DNA of 59,429 bases, the filler included. It is 6 parts of 6 records of this genome, joined end to end, with 100 filler letters (N's around TTAATTAATTAA, not from the genome) between each part and the next. Parts side by side here need not be neighbours in the genome. Positions count along the whole stretch, not along the records: positions 34,104 to 41,410 come from DRR723986_9172; positions 41,511 to 48,511 come from DRR723986_9174; positions 48,612 to 53,652 come from DRR723986_9176; 3 more parts are not named here. One strand, 5' to 3'. Positions 39,882 to 49,566 of this stretch are shown piece by piece (within the stretch, counting starts at the first letter, position 1; each line of letters begins with the position of its first letter). The notes under the pieces were generated by a model that was given only the letters and a program-made list of their open reading frames with translations, had not been told where the DNA came from and did no database searches. The position numbers and the translations under genes were made by a program.

Positions 39882-40319
39882 CTACCTAGTAACGGGCCGA
39901 TTTCTCCACTCGGGTAGCGGGAAGAGTTTGTCGTAAGCCCAGTTAAAGGCAAAAGCGTAGACCAGGTAGAACGCTACGAAAAAAAGATCCATTACCAGAG
40001 CCTGCCAAAGGGACACATCCAGATACCAGGCGATGAATGGCATCAGAACGATCAGCAGACCAATCTCGAAGAAAATCGAATGGATGATGCGCACAATGAG
40101 CGTCTTCAGGGTCTTGCCCATAAGGCGCTTGTAGGTCACGTCGAAAACGAAATTGTAGACGACGTTCCAGAGCGTCGCGATGGTTGCGCTGACCACACTG
40201 ACGACGCCAACATCATGCATTGGCACGCCAAAGGCGACCGTTCCGAGCGGGACGGCCAGGACGAATGCGATAATTTCGAAGCTTAGTGCTTGGCGAAGAC
40301 GATCGAGCGGGGACCGCAT
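39882..40319 (-). CDS. PACE family (AceI-like) efflux transporter
   Basis: RQALSFE, WNVVYNFVFD, RIIHSIFFE, FNWAYDKLFP. Confidence 0.88.
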   Translation of the reverse strand: MRSPLDRLRQALSFEIIAFVLAVPLGTVAFGVPMHDVGVVSVVSATIATLWNVVYNFVFDVTYKRLMGKTLKTLIVRIIHSIFFEIGLLIVLMPFIAWYLDVSLWQALVMDLFFVAFYLVYAFAFNWAYDKLFPLPEWRNRPVTR

Positions 40320-40586
40320 TGAAACCTCAACAATGGTAGCGGGTCGTCCCGCTTTGTTATTTCCACATATGAGGTCGTCCTCAACGCGCCGATATAGAAA
40401 TCCTGCACGCTCTTTTCAAGTTGGATCGATGAAGCCTGAAAGTGGCTGGACCGGAGAGGGCCACCCATCGAATTCGGCCTTGAGAAGTGTTCGTTGCGCA
40501 CGTTCGTCGTTTAAGTTGGCATCGGTCTCCATAGGGTGTTGCGAGCTAATCCTTCGACAGTGCCTCATGTGAGAGTGTCTTGCAGA

Positions 40587-41033
40587 TCAACCCTGCTGCG
40601 GGCGCCAGTCAGCCGATGGAATGACGTTGATCATCCATGGAATGCCGAAACGGTCGACCAGAGAGCCGAAACCTGGTGACCAGAAGGTTTCTGCGAACGG
40701 CATCACCGTCTTGCCGCCTTCGGACAGTTGTTCGAACCAACGTTCCGCTTCTGCCATGTCTTCGGTATGCAGCGTGACATCGAAGCCGTTTTTGGGTTTA
40801 TCGATGCCAGGCGCCCATCCGGTGTCCATATCGGCGCCCATCAGCGCCTGGTCACCAACTTCCAGCCAGCAGTGCATCAGCCAGGTCTTGTACGCCTCAT
40901 CGGTGATGGGCATGCCTGGAGGTGCGTCGGCATAAGGCATGGCGGCTGTAATCTTCCCGTTGAGTACCTTTGCATAATACTCAAAAGCCTCACGACACTG
41001 GCCCCGGAAGCTTAGACTGGTAACGATTTTCAC
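40587..41033 (-). CDS. VOC/PhnB-like protein
   Basis: SLSFRGQCREAF..Y, MH, MPFAETFWSPGFG..VDRFGIPWMIN; GTG after AAAGGAG. Confidence 0.88.
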   Translation of the reverse strand: MKIVTSLSFRGQCREAFEYYAKVLNGKITAAMPYADAPPGMPITDEAYKTWLMHCWLEVGDQALMGADMDTGWAPGIDKPKNGFDVTLHTEDMAEAERWFEQLSEGGKTVMPFAETFWSPGFGSLVDRFGIPWMINVIPSADWRPQQG

Positions 41034-41168
41034 GGTTGTCTCCTTTCGATTGGTGTTGCAGGTGCTCCCCGCGAGACACCGAGCCCGGAATTGCAAAACT
41101 GAGCTTCTCCTATCTTTCAAGAAGCGCAACGGCGGCACGGTCGTTGGTATCGCGGAAGAGGTTCATTT

Positions 41169-41410
41169 TCAGGCGTCCGCATGCACTGCCAGATCGATAG
41201 ACGGCAATGGGGGCGCATCCAGGCCGTTGAAGGGGTCACGCCAGGCATCGATCTGTTCGAGCTGGCGATACCAACGAGCGATGCAAGAATAGTCTTCTAT
41301 CGGCAGTCCTGCGACGTCATTGAAGGGCAGATACGCCGCCATTCGGAAGTCGGCATAGGAAACCGAATTTCCGACGAGCCAATCGCGTTGAGAAAGTTCG
41401 AATTCGAGAA
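41169..41410 (-). CDS. Glutathione S-transferase, C-terminal fragment (not in ORF track)
   Basis: LSQRDWLVGNSVSYADF...IARWYRQLEQIDAWRDPF (GST N-capping S..D motif). Confidence 0.75.
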
Positions 41411-41510
41411 NNNNNNNNNNNNNNNNNNNNNNNNNNNNNNNNNNNNNNNNNNNNTTAATTAATTAANNNNNNNNNNNNNNNNNNNNNNNNNNNNNNNNNN
41501 NNNNNNNNNN
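41411..41510. other. Artificial contig spacer
   Basis: 44 N + TTAATTAATTAA + 44 N. Confidence 0.99.
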
Positions 41511-42267
41511 CGCGACGTTTGGCCAAGCAGCCTTTTCCGCGGGTGAATCCAAAAACACCTATGGCACCGGAAACTTCCTCATCGTCAACACCGGGGAAGA
41601 GATTATCCGCTCGCGAAATGGCCTACTGACCACACCGGCCTATCAACTGGGTGATGCTCCCCCCGTGTTTGCCCTCGAAGGCTCCATTGCCGTCACCGGC
41701 TCGTTAATTCAGTGGTTGCGGGACAATCTCGGCATCATCTCTGATGCCAGCGAGATTGAAGCATTAGCGACCAGTGTGCCCGACAACGGTGGGGCGTATT
41801 TTGTGCCGGCCTTTTCGGGATTATTTGCCCCCTACTGGCGAAGCGACGCTCGGGGTGCGCTGGTGGGCCTGACTCGTTTTGTCACCAAAGCGCATATCGC
41901 CAGAGCAGCGCTCGAAGCGACAGCTTTCCAAACCCGCGAAGTACTCGATGCCGTCAATGCTGATTTCGGGGGCTCCTTGAGTGAGCTCAAAGTCGATGGC
42001 GGGATGACCAAAAACAACCTTCTGATGCAGTTCCAGGCCGACATTCTCGGTATCCCCGTGGTGCGGCCCGCGATCGCTGAAACAACCGCCCTCGGCGCCG
42101 CTTATGCGGCAGGTCTGGCGGTGGGTTTCTGGAAAGATCTGGAGGAACTAAGGGCGAAATGGCAAGAGGATGCCAAGTTCCTGCCAGAAATGAAGGAACC
42201 AGAGCGCGAAAAACTTCTCACCACATGGAAAAAGGCCGTGACGAAGACCTTTGACTGGGTGGACTAG
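41511..42267 (+). CDS. glpK: Glycerol kinase, C-terminal part
   Basis: [41 protein letters not shown]. Confidence 0.93.
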
Positions 42268-42281
42268 TCCTGCTTGACCGT

Positions 42282-43955
42282 CTACTCCACTGTGATTGAT
42301 CCGATTTGCCGGGCTACCTCTGAACTAGACCATCCCCGTCGAGAAGCCATGAGGTGTGCTAATTCCTTCAGCAGTTTTTTATTCACTTGACCGCTGAAGG
42401 CCATGCTGGTGCGACGATGAACGATGTCACTCAGGGTGACCACCCATTCATTGTCTATCAAGGATTCAATTTCTCCCACTGAATAATGTGGGTTGTGCTC
42501 GAGCGGTTGATCACCGACGGAACCTAAATGGTTGATGATGGCCTCGGCGTGGGTCCCGTACCGCGCCAGGAGCTCACGCGCTCGATCCTCCCCCACACTT
42601 GTTCCGTGACGTTGCACCCAGGCGGCGGTGTCAGCTTCCGTTCGAGGAAAATCTTTGCCGCCACCGATTGGCAACGCCTGGGTGGAAACCTGACGCGGCC
42701 GGGACAACAAGGCCAAGACTTCATCAGCAAGGTGCTCCCCCAGGGCGCGGAAAGTGGTCCATTTTCCGCCCACAAGTGACACCAGAGGGGTGGCTTGGCC
42801 CAACTCACTATGCACGATTCGGTAATCCCTCGAGACAAAACCTGGATTGGTGTCTTCACTCGCAGGTAAAGGGCGCACCCCGGCATACCGATACACAATT
42901 TGCCCATGCTCAGTCTTGATTGTGGGGAAGACCAGCCGAACCAATTGGAAGAAGTAGTCGACTTCCTCATCCGTGCACACGATGTCTTCTGACATCTTGA
43001 CCGGGATATCGGTGGTTCCCACCAGAACGCGGTTCATGATCGGGTACATCAAGACGATGCGTCCATCGCTGTTTTCAAAGAAAATTTCTCTGCCATCGCA
43101 CGCTTCGAAGAGCTCGGGGTTATCCAGCACAATGTGGGAGCCCTTGGTGCCCCCCATGAACTGTGTGCCTTGGCCAAAAGCCTCATTGGTGAGATCGGTC
43201 CAGGGCCCCGTGGCATTGACCACAACTTTCGCCATAAACGGGAACTCATCCCCAGAAAGCTCATCACGCAGAATCACACTGCCCTGGTCAAAACCGACCG
43301 CGCTGACGTAATTCGCGACTACCGCGTGGTCACCCGCTGCCAAACCGTCTTTCATCACATCGAGAGCTAACCTCTCGGGATTATCCATGGCGGCGTCGTA
43401 ATAGGTCGCGGTGAATTTCACTTCGGGATGCAGATGGGGCATCTGGGCTAAGGATTTCTTCCGGCCCAGGAAACTATGCCGTGGCATTTTCCCGCCGTCT
43501 CGACCAAACAGGTCGTACATCATCAAGCCCACTTTGATCAGCAGCGCGCCTCGTTCTTTGGGCGTTCCTTGCGTGTGGGTAATCAGCCGCAACGGCGCTG
43601 CCAACAGGCCTGAGACCAGCGAGAAGATGGGAATGGTGGTCTTGAGAGGTCTGACGTAGTGGGGCGCTGCGGAGAGAAGTCGATTTCTTTCTTGCAGTGA
43701 CTCCTTGACCAAGCGCAACTCGCCGTTTTCGAGATACCGCACTCCGCCGTGGATCATGTGGGATGAGGCTGCCGAGGCGCCAGAGCAGAAATCGCCCTGA
43801 TCGACAACCGCGACAGAAACCCCTTGGAGGGCGAGATCACGGAACGTGGCGAGACCATTGATACCGGCCCCCACAATCAGGACGTCAGCAGAGCCCATTG
43901 TCCGAAGACGCGCTAAGCGCGAACCGGGATCAGCTACCGACGATGTTGTTGTCAT
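42282..43955 (-). CDS. glpD: FAD-dependent glycerol-3-phosphate dehydrogenase/oxidase
   Basis: GAGING, SHMIHGGVRYLE, NATGPW, KGSHIV, GVRPL, GGKWTT. Confidence 0.85.
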   Translation of the reverse strand: MTTTSSVADPGSRLARLRTMGSADVLIVGAGINGLATFRDLALQGVSVAVVDQGDFCSGASAASSHMIHGGVRYLENGELRLVKESLQERNRLLSAAPHYVRPLKTTIPIFSLVSGLLAAPLRLITHTQGTPKERGALLIKVGLMMYDLFGRDGGKMPRHSFLGRKKSLAQMPHLHPEVKFTATYYDAAMDNPERLALDVMKDGLAAGDHAVVANYVSAVGFDQGSVILRDELSGDEFPFMAKVVVNATGPWTDLTNEAFGQGTQFMGGTKGSHIVLDNPELFEACDGREIFFENSDGRIVLMYPIMNRVLVGTTDIPVKMSEDIVCTDEEVDYFFQLVRLVFPTIKTEHGQIVYRYAGVRPLPASEDTNPGFVSRDYRIVHSELGQATPLVSLVGGKWTTFRALGEHLADEVLALLSRPRQVSTQALPIGGGKDFPRTEADTAAWVQRHGTSVGEDRARELLARYGTHAEAIINHLGSVGDQPLEHNPHYSVGEIESLIDNEWVVTLSDIVHRRTSMAFSGQVNKKLLKELAHLMASRRGWSSSEVARQIGSITVE

Positions 43956-44020
43956 TGTGCGCTTAAGCTCCTGCTGCCTCGTTGCAGTCCAATACGTGTT
44001 GGGACAATATTTGACCCGGT

Positions 44021-44055
44021 AGCACATTCGCGCAACTTTGATGCACAAACGTGCA
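44021..44055. promoter_or_regulatory. Candidate SorC/DeoR-family operator(s)
   Basis: TGCAC-AAAC-GTGCA (44042-44055) plus degenerate GCAC-ATTC-GCGCA upstream, in the divergent glpD/regulator gap. Confidence 0.5.
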
Positions 44056-44067
44056 AGACTAGATTTC

Positions 44068-45033
44068 ATGGCAATCTCCGAAAAAGATGGATCCCGGTTC
44101 CGCGACGCGTGGCGCGCGGCGCAGCTTTATTACATGCAAGACCTCACGATGGAAGCGATTGGTGACGAGCTCAACGTCTCCCGATCTTCCGTGTCTCGCC
44201 TGCTAGACCTGGCCAGGAGCCGGGGGATCGTGGAGATCAAGGTCATCTCCCCGACCGAAGCGCCCCAACGCATTGAGCGTGAAATCAAGAGGCGCTTTGG
44301 GATTTCCGCAAGCCTGGTTCCCGTCCCCAACCAGACGTCTCATATCGACCGTCTGGACAGAGTTGCCTTGAGCGCTGCACGAATGCTCGGGGATTTCGTG
44401 AGCTCAAATATGACGATGGGCATCGCCTGGGGATCCACTACGAGCGCTGTGGGCAGGCACCTAGTGAAGAAACCGCTATCAAAATTTGACGTCGTTCAGC
44501 TCAACGGAGCCGGCAACGACCACACCACCGGTGTGACCTATTCGAGTGAAATTCTCCGCCGATTCGGTGAAGCCTACGGAGCCCAAGTGACCCACTTCCC
44601 GGTTCCAGCATTTTTTGATGACCCCAACACGAAAGCCGCCCTATGGCGAGAACGTAGCGCCGCTCGGATAGTCGATATGCAGAAAAAGGTGGATATCGCG
44701 CTATTTGGACTGGGCTCAATCTATGCGGCCGTTCCCTCCCAGGTATACACGGGAGGATATTTAAGCGACTCAGACGTTGCTGAACTGACTGCCGAGGGAG
44801 TTGTGGGCGACGTAGCGACGGTGTTCTATCGGGCAGATGGCAGCTGGGAAGACATCGCCATCAATCTTCGCTCCAGTGGCCCTGGGTTGGACGTGATCAG
44901 ACACATTCCCCGGCGCTTGTGCGTTGTCTCGGGCGAGTCGCGGTTAGCAAGCCTCCAAGGCGCACTAGCGGCCGAGCTGATCACAGATTTGATTATTGAT
45001 TACCCCACCGCAAGGGCTTTAGTCCAGGACTAG
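44068..45033 (+). CDS. Sugar-binding transcriptional regulator (SorC/DeoR family)
   Basis: AQLYY...IGDELNVSRSSVSRLL HTH; GIAWGST; LIID. Confidence 0.9.
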   Translation: MAISEKDGSRFRDAWRAAQLYYMQDLTMEAIGDELNVSRSSVSRLLDLARSRGIVEIKVISPTEAPQRIEREIKRRFGISASLVPVPNQTSHIDRLDRVALSAARMLGDFVSSNMTMGIAWGSTTSAVGRHLVKKPLSKFDVVQLNGAGNDHTTGVTYSSEILRRFGEAYGAQVTHFPVPAFFDDPNTKAALWRERSAARIVDMQKKVDIALFGLGSIYAAVPSQVYTGGYLSDSDVAELTAEGVVGDVATVFYRADGSWEDIAINLRSSGPGLDVIRHIPRRLCVVSGESRLASLQGALAAELITDLIIDYPTARALVQD

Positions 45034-45058
45034 CCTCTGGCGCACTCAGGGGTTAACG

Positions 45059-45090
45059 CACTCTGGCCCCCTCGTAAGGGAGCCAGAGTG
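45059..45090. terminator. Stem-loop between convergent genes
   Basis: cactctggc...gccagagtg inverted repeat. Confidence 0.65.
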
Positions 45091-45103
45091 ATCACAAGTT
45101 GTT

Positions 45104-45910
45104 CTACTGCATCACCATTCCGCCATCAATCATGATGAGCTGACCGGTCATGTAGTCGCTTTCGGGGCTAGCCAAGAATGAGGCTGTGCCTTGAACGTCT
45201 TCTGGGTAGGAGTAGCGCTTCATCAGAATCATGTTCTCAGCCAGGGAGTCCATGGACTGACCCTGCTTTTCAAACATTCCAATGTCGACCAAGTCCTTGT
45301 CGAGCTGCTTCCACAATTCAGTAGCCACGACACCGGGGCCATAGCCGTTGACGGTGATGTTGTGCTGGACCAAAGCCTTGGCGCCACCCTTGATCAGACC
45401 CAACACAGCGTGCTTAGCCATGGAATAGGGAATCACGTCGAGGAAGGCTTCGCGGGACAGAATAGAACCCACGTTGATGATCTTGTAGGGGTAGTCCTTG
45501 CGGGCACCCTGAGCAATCATCTGCTTGGATACCTGCTTCATGACGTTGAAAGATCCCCAGGCGTTGACGTTCATGATGAAGTCATAGTTTTCTTTGGGGG
45601 TATCGGGGAAAATCGTGGGCTTGTTCACGCCTGCATTGTTGAGAAGCAGGTTGATTTCGCCAAATTCCTTGACCACGTGAGCAACAGCGGCAATCGCTTG
45701 ATCTTCGTCGGTTACATCGAGCTTGAAGTGCGTAGCCTGCCCACCTGCATCACGAATTTCTTGGGCAACCTTGGCGATGCCCTCTTCGTTGATGTCGGCG
45801 ACACACACAGCAGCGCCCTGTGCAGCCCAGTGCTTAGCAATGGCGGCTCCCATACCCTGTGCACCACCGGTGATGAGAGCTTTCTTCCCTGAAAGACGTT
45901 CGGTATCCAT
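45104..45910 (-). CDS. SDR family oxidoreductase (acetoin/polyol dehydrogenase-like)
   Basis: TGGAQGMG, NNAG, YSMAK, PGVVATELW, TGQLIMIDGG. Confidence 0.88.
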   Translation of the reverse strand: MDTERLSGKKALITGGAQGMGAAIAKHWAAQGAAVCVADINEEGIAKVAQEIRDAGGQATHFKLDVTDEDQAIAAVAHVVKEFGEINLLLNNAGVNKPTIFPDTPKENYDFIMNVNAWGSFNVMKQVSKQMIAQGARKDYPYKIINVGSILSREAFLDVIPYSMAKHAVLGLIKGGAKALVQHNITVNGYGPGVVATELWKQLDKDLVDIGMFEKQGQSMDSLAENMILMKRYSYPEDVQGTASFLASPESDYMTGQLIMIDGGMVMQ

Positions 45911-46071
45911 ATTGTGGTCATCCCTCCTGAGACTATTAATTAACCCAGACTTACGGGGACGAGCCAGTGACCAACGTCCTTGTCCGTGTGGGTGTCAACT
46001 CTCACACTACACTCACGAGGTGCTGTAATGCCACACAGACCACGCCTGGCGAGAGTTTCCCTGATTCTGCC

Positions 46072-47349
46072 CTAAATCAGCATCCCCAGGGGGTTTTCGA
46101 TGTGTCGTTGGAATGCAGCAAGCCATTGCGCCGCCAACGCTCCATCCACCGCGCGGTGATCCGCTGAGAGGGTCACAGTCATGACCATCCCGGCGACCAC
46201 TTCGCCGTTCTCGACAACCGGTGCGGCCGTAGCAGCCCCTACCGCCAGGATTCCCGATTGCGGTGGGTTGATAATCGCCGAGAATTCCCGGGTGCCATAC
46301 ATTCCAAGATTCGTGACCGCAAAACTGCCGCCTTCGATCTCTTCCTGCTTGATTTTTCCCGAACGAGCTCGGCTGGCAGCATCCGCAATGGCCGCGTTGA
46401 GTTCGATCAACGAGAGCTTCTCCACTCCCCTAATCACCGGAGTGAGCAAACCGCCCTCGGTGGCGACTGCCACAGCAATATCTGCTGAATCAAATTTACT
46501 CATCGCAGAATCGCCCCAGATCACATTGGCATCGGGGACATCCATCAGCGCCAAAGCCACAGCCTTGACCACCCAGTCATTCACCGAGATTTTGACGCTC
46601 TTGGCGTCGTTGACATCTTTTCTCGCGGCCAAAAGCTTCTCCACGCGGCAATCAGCGCTGAGATAGAAGTGAGGAACGGTGGATTTTGACTCGGTAAGCC
46701 GTCTAGCGATGGCCTTGCGCATTCCCGTGTGCGGAATTTCGAGCACTCCTGCAGCAGCGTGTGCCACCGGGGCAGCTGGCGCCGCGCTGGAAGCCGCGAC
46801 GGGTGCGCCCGAGGCAACATAGGCCTCAAAATCAGAACGCACGATGCGACCATCCGGTCCCGTGCCGGTGATGCGGGTGAGATCAACACCGTGTTCTCGC
46901 GCCATCTTGCGCACCAGTGGACTGACAAACAAACGACCACCCGACGGTGCCGGCGGGGCCTGGGTGTCCACCGCAGGAGCCGCAACCGGCTCGCTCGGTG
47001 CTGGAGGAGCACTCGCCGCAGCTGATTCGTCCACCGACGCCGGGGCGGCGGTGTCAGCGCTCGCAGCGCCTGCATCAGCAAGCGCTTGAGCTATTTCTGC
47101 CTCACCTTCGCCCGCAGCGGTAAAAATGGCGATGGGGGTCCCCACATCGGCCAGGTCACCGGGCTTGATCAGCATTTTGGCAACGATCCCAGCTTCTTCC
47201 GCCTGATATTCGACGGTAGCCTTTTCGGTTTCAATTTCTGCGAGCACGTCGCCCACCGCGATCTCAGCACCTTCCGTGACCAGCCAGTTCGAGAGAACTG
47301 CTTCACTGGCACCGGCGAGTACTTCAGGCATCCGAATAATGCTGGCCAT
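46072..47349 (-). CDS. 2-oxoacid dehydrogenase E2 (dihydrolipoamide acyltransferase)
   Basis: Lipoyl ETEKA, Ala/Pro linker, E3-binding TGTGPDGRI, DHRAVDG. Confidence 0.93.
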   Translation of the reverse strand: MASIIRMPEVLAGASEAVLSNWLVTEGAEIAVGDVLAEIETEKATVEYQAEEAGIVAKMLIKPGDLADVGTPIAIFTAAGEGEAEIAQALADAGAASADTAAPASVDESAAASAPPAPSEPVAAPAVDTQAPPAPSGGRLFVSPLVRKMAREHGVDLTRITGTGPDGRIVRSDFEAYVASGAPVAASSAAPAAPVAHAAAGVLEIPHTGMRKAIARRLTESKSTVPHFYLSADCRVEKLLAARKDVNDAKSVKISVNDWVVKAVALALMDVPDANVIWGDSAMSKFDSADIAVAVATEGGLLTPVIRGVEKLSLIELNAAIADAASRARSGKIKQEEIEGGSFAVTNLGMYGTREFSAIINPPQSGILAVGAATAAPVVENGEVVAGMVMTVTLSADHRAVDGALAAQWLAAFQRHIENPLGMLI

Positions 47350-48511
47350 TAGCGGGTCCCCTTAGCACTCATCACGCGCTTCAAGCCGGCTTCGACTTCT
47401 TCGGTCCGCGCAATGGCAGCGCGCTCTAGGACCTTGGAGATGCTCGGTGAGGCCACAGATCCTGTGACACGTTCGACGGGCTGGTCGAGGTAGTCGAAGA
47501 AGCGCCGCTGGATTTCATCAGCGAGCCAACCCCCGTACGACGTTCCTTGAGCGCCCTGTTCCACAATCAGAACATTGTTGGTCTTGCGGATACTCTCACC
47601 CACCGTGTCCCAATCGAGACTGGCGCGGTCTAAAAATCGCAGGTCCACCAATTCGGCATCGATGCCGGTGCGCTCAAGTGCTTCCTGCGAGTGATTCACC
47701 ATCGACATATAGGTCAGCACCGTCATCTCAGTACCGGGGCGCACAATATTCGCTGTGCCATAGGGAATCTGGTAATCCAGGTCCCCCACCGGAATCTCGC
47801 CCTTGGTGAGGTAGAGGTCAACATGCTCGATCATCAAAACCGGGTCATCACAGGCCAACGCCGCGTTCATCATGCCGACGTAGTCATAAGGATTAGACGC
47901 CGCCATAATTCGCCATCCGGGTGCGGTGGCAAATATTCCGGCAGGATCCATCAAGTGTTGTGAACCGTATCCGCTGCCCATCGCTACCTTGGTGCGAAGC
48001 ACAAGGGGTACCGCAGATTCTCCACCAAACATGTGCCGGGCTTTTCCGATCTGGTTGAACACCTGATCAGCAGCCACCCACATGAAATCGGGATACATAA
48101 ATTCCACGACCGGACGGTAGCGGCCATCGAGGGCTAAGCCACCACCAAGACCGGTAAAGGCGTTTTCGGAAATAGGAGTTCCCAAGATGCGTTCGGGATA
48201 CTTTTCGCTCAAACCCTTGGTCGCACCGTTGGTACCACCCTTGAGATTGTGAATGTCTTCACCCAAAATCAAGATTCTGGAATCCTGCTCCATATTGCGA
48301 TCCATCACCGCGGCAACGGCATCGACAAAACGCACGTCTTCGAGTTCGCCCTGGTACTGAGCGCGCTCTTGAAGCCGAGCCCCCGCTAGTTCACTCAGGT
48401 CACCTCGCACACCCACATCCACGAATCCAGGTTCAGGCCACAGAGCCGGCTTGATGCGTCGAACCCCAGGCTTGGCCTCGGGGTCTTGTTCCACGAGCTC
48501 GGCCGCCGCAC
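47349..48511 (-). CDS. 2-oxoacid/acetoin dehydrogenase E1, probable alpha-beta fusion (5' cut by gap)
   Basis: GEDI, TPISE, YGSQH, ELVDLR; frame stays open to the contig edge with ~55 extra residues before the beta domain. Confidence 0.82.
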
Positions 48512-48611
48512 NNNNNNNNNNNNNNNNNNNNNNNNNNNNNNNNNNNNNNNNNNNNTTAATTAATTAANNNNNNNNNNNNNNNNNNNNNNNNNNNNNNNNN
48601 NNNNNNNNNNN
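48512..48611. other. Artificial contig spacer
   Basis: 44 N + TTAATTAATTAA + 44 N. Confidence 0.99.
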
Positions 48612-49017
48612 GATCACCGGGCATTCCATGGGCGGGCACGGGGCGCTGACCATGGCCATGCGCAATCCGGACCTGTTCCAGTCGCTGTCGGCCTTCGCGC
48701 CGATCGCCAATCCGACGCAGTCCGACTGGGGCCGCAAGCAACTGTCCGCCTACCTCGGCGACGACGAGGCCTGCTGGGCGGACCATGATGCGACCTTGTT
48801 ACTAGAGGACAAAGGCTGGCAGGGAGATATCTTGATAGATCAGGGAGGGGCCGATCAGTTCCTTGATCTGTTGAAGCCCGATGCCCTTGCGGGAATGATG
48901 ACCCGCCGCCGCCAGCCCGGGACGTTTCGGATGCAGAAAGGTTACGACCATTCGTATTTCTTCGTGAACTCCTTCGCCGGGGATCACGTCGCCTGGCACG
49001 CTGAGCGGCTTCACTGA
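48612..49017 (+). CDS. fghA: S-formylglutathione hydrolase, C-terminal part
   Basis: ITGHSMGGHGAL, SAFAPI, DQG..DQFL, GYDHSYFF. Confidence 0.93.
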
Positions 49018-49046
49018 GAGAAACCGGAAATCAGGAAAGACAGACA

Positions 49047-49454
49047 ATGATCAAGCAAGCATTCGCCGCCAGCCTCATGACCCTGCTGCCCGTGATGGCA
49101 TCGGCAGAAAGCCATGCCATGGCCGGTGACGCCGAAAAGGGCGAGCGCGTGTTCCGCAAATGCCAAGCCTGCCACGCGGTGGGCGAGGGCGCCGAGAACA
49201 AGGTGGGCCCGGTCCTCAACGGCATCGTCGGCCGCACCATCGCCAGCGTCGAGGGCTTCAGCTACTCGTCCGTGCTGGCCGACATGGGCGCCGAGGGCAA
49301 GACCTGGACCGAAGAGGAGCTCGCCGCCTTCCTCGAGAAGCCGCGCGATTACGCCAAGGGCACCAAGATGGCCTTCGCCGGTCTGCGCAAGGAAGAGGAA
49401 CGCGCGGACGTGATCGCCTATCTCGCCACCTTCTCGGAAGAAGGCGGCTCGTGA
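49047..49454 (+). CDS. Cytochrome c2/c550-type periplasmic cytochrome
   Basis: Signal peptide, [21 protein letters not shown]. Confidence 0.92.
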   Translation: MIKQAFAASLMTLLPVMASAESHAMAGDAEKGERVFRKCQACHAVGEGAENKVGPVLNGIVGRTIASVEGFSYSSVLADMGAEGKTWTEEELAAFLEKPRDYAKGTKMAFAGLRKEEERADVIAYLATFSEEGGS

Positions 49455-49566
49455 CCTGAGAATTCTGTCCTGCCCGCGGGAGGGAGACCCGTGGGCAGGA
49501 CAGCAACCGGCGCGGCACAGGCCGTGCCCTTTTCGCGGCTCGCGCCGCATCCATGGGAGGAAGACA

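Noticed and set aside
41169-41230. Possible frameshift in the GST tail at a G-run
   Set aside because: Recount gives five G, so the frame reads ..DAPPLPSIDLAVHADA-stop normally.
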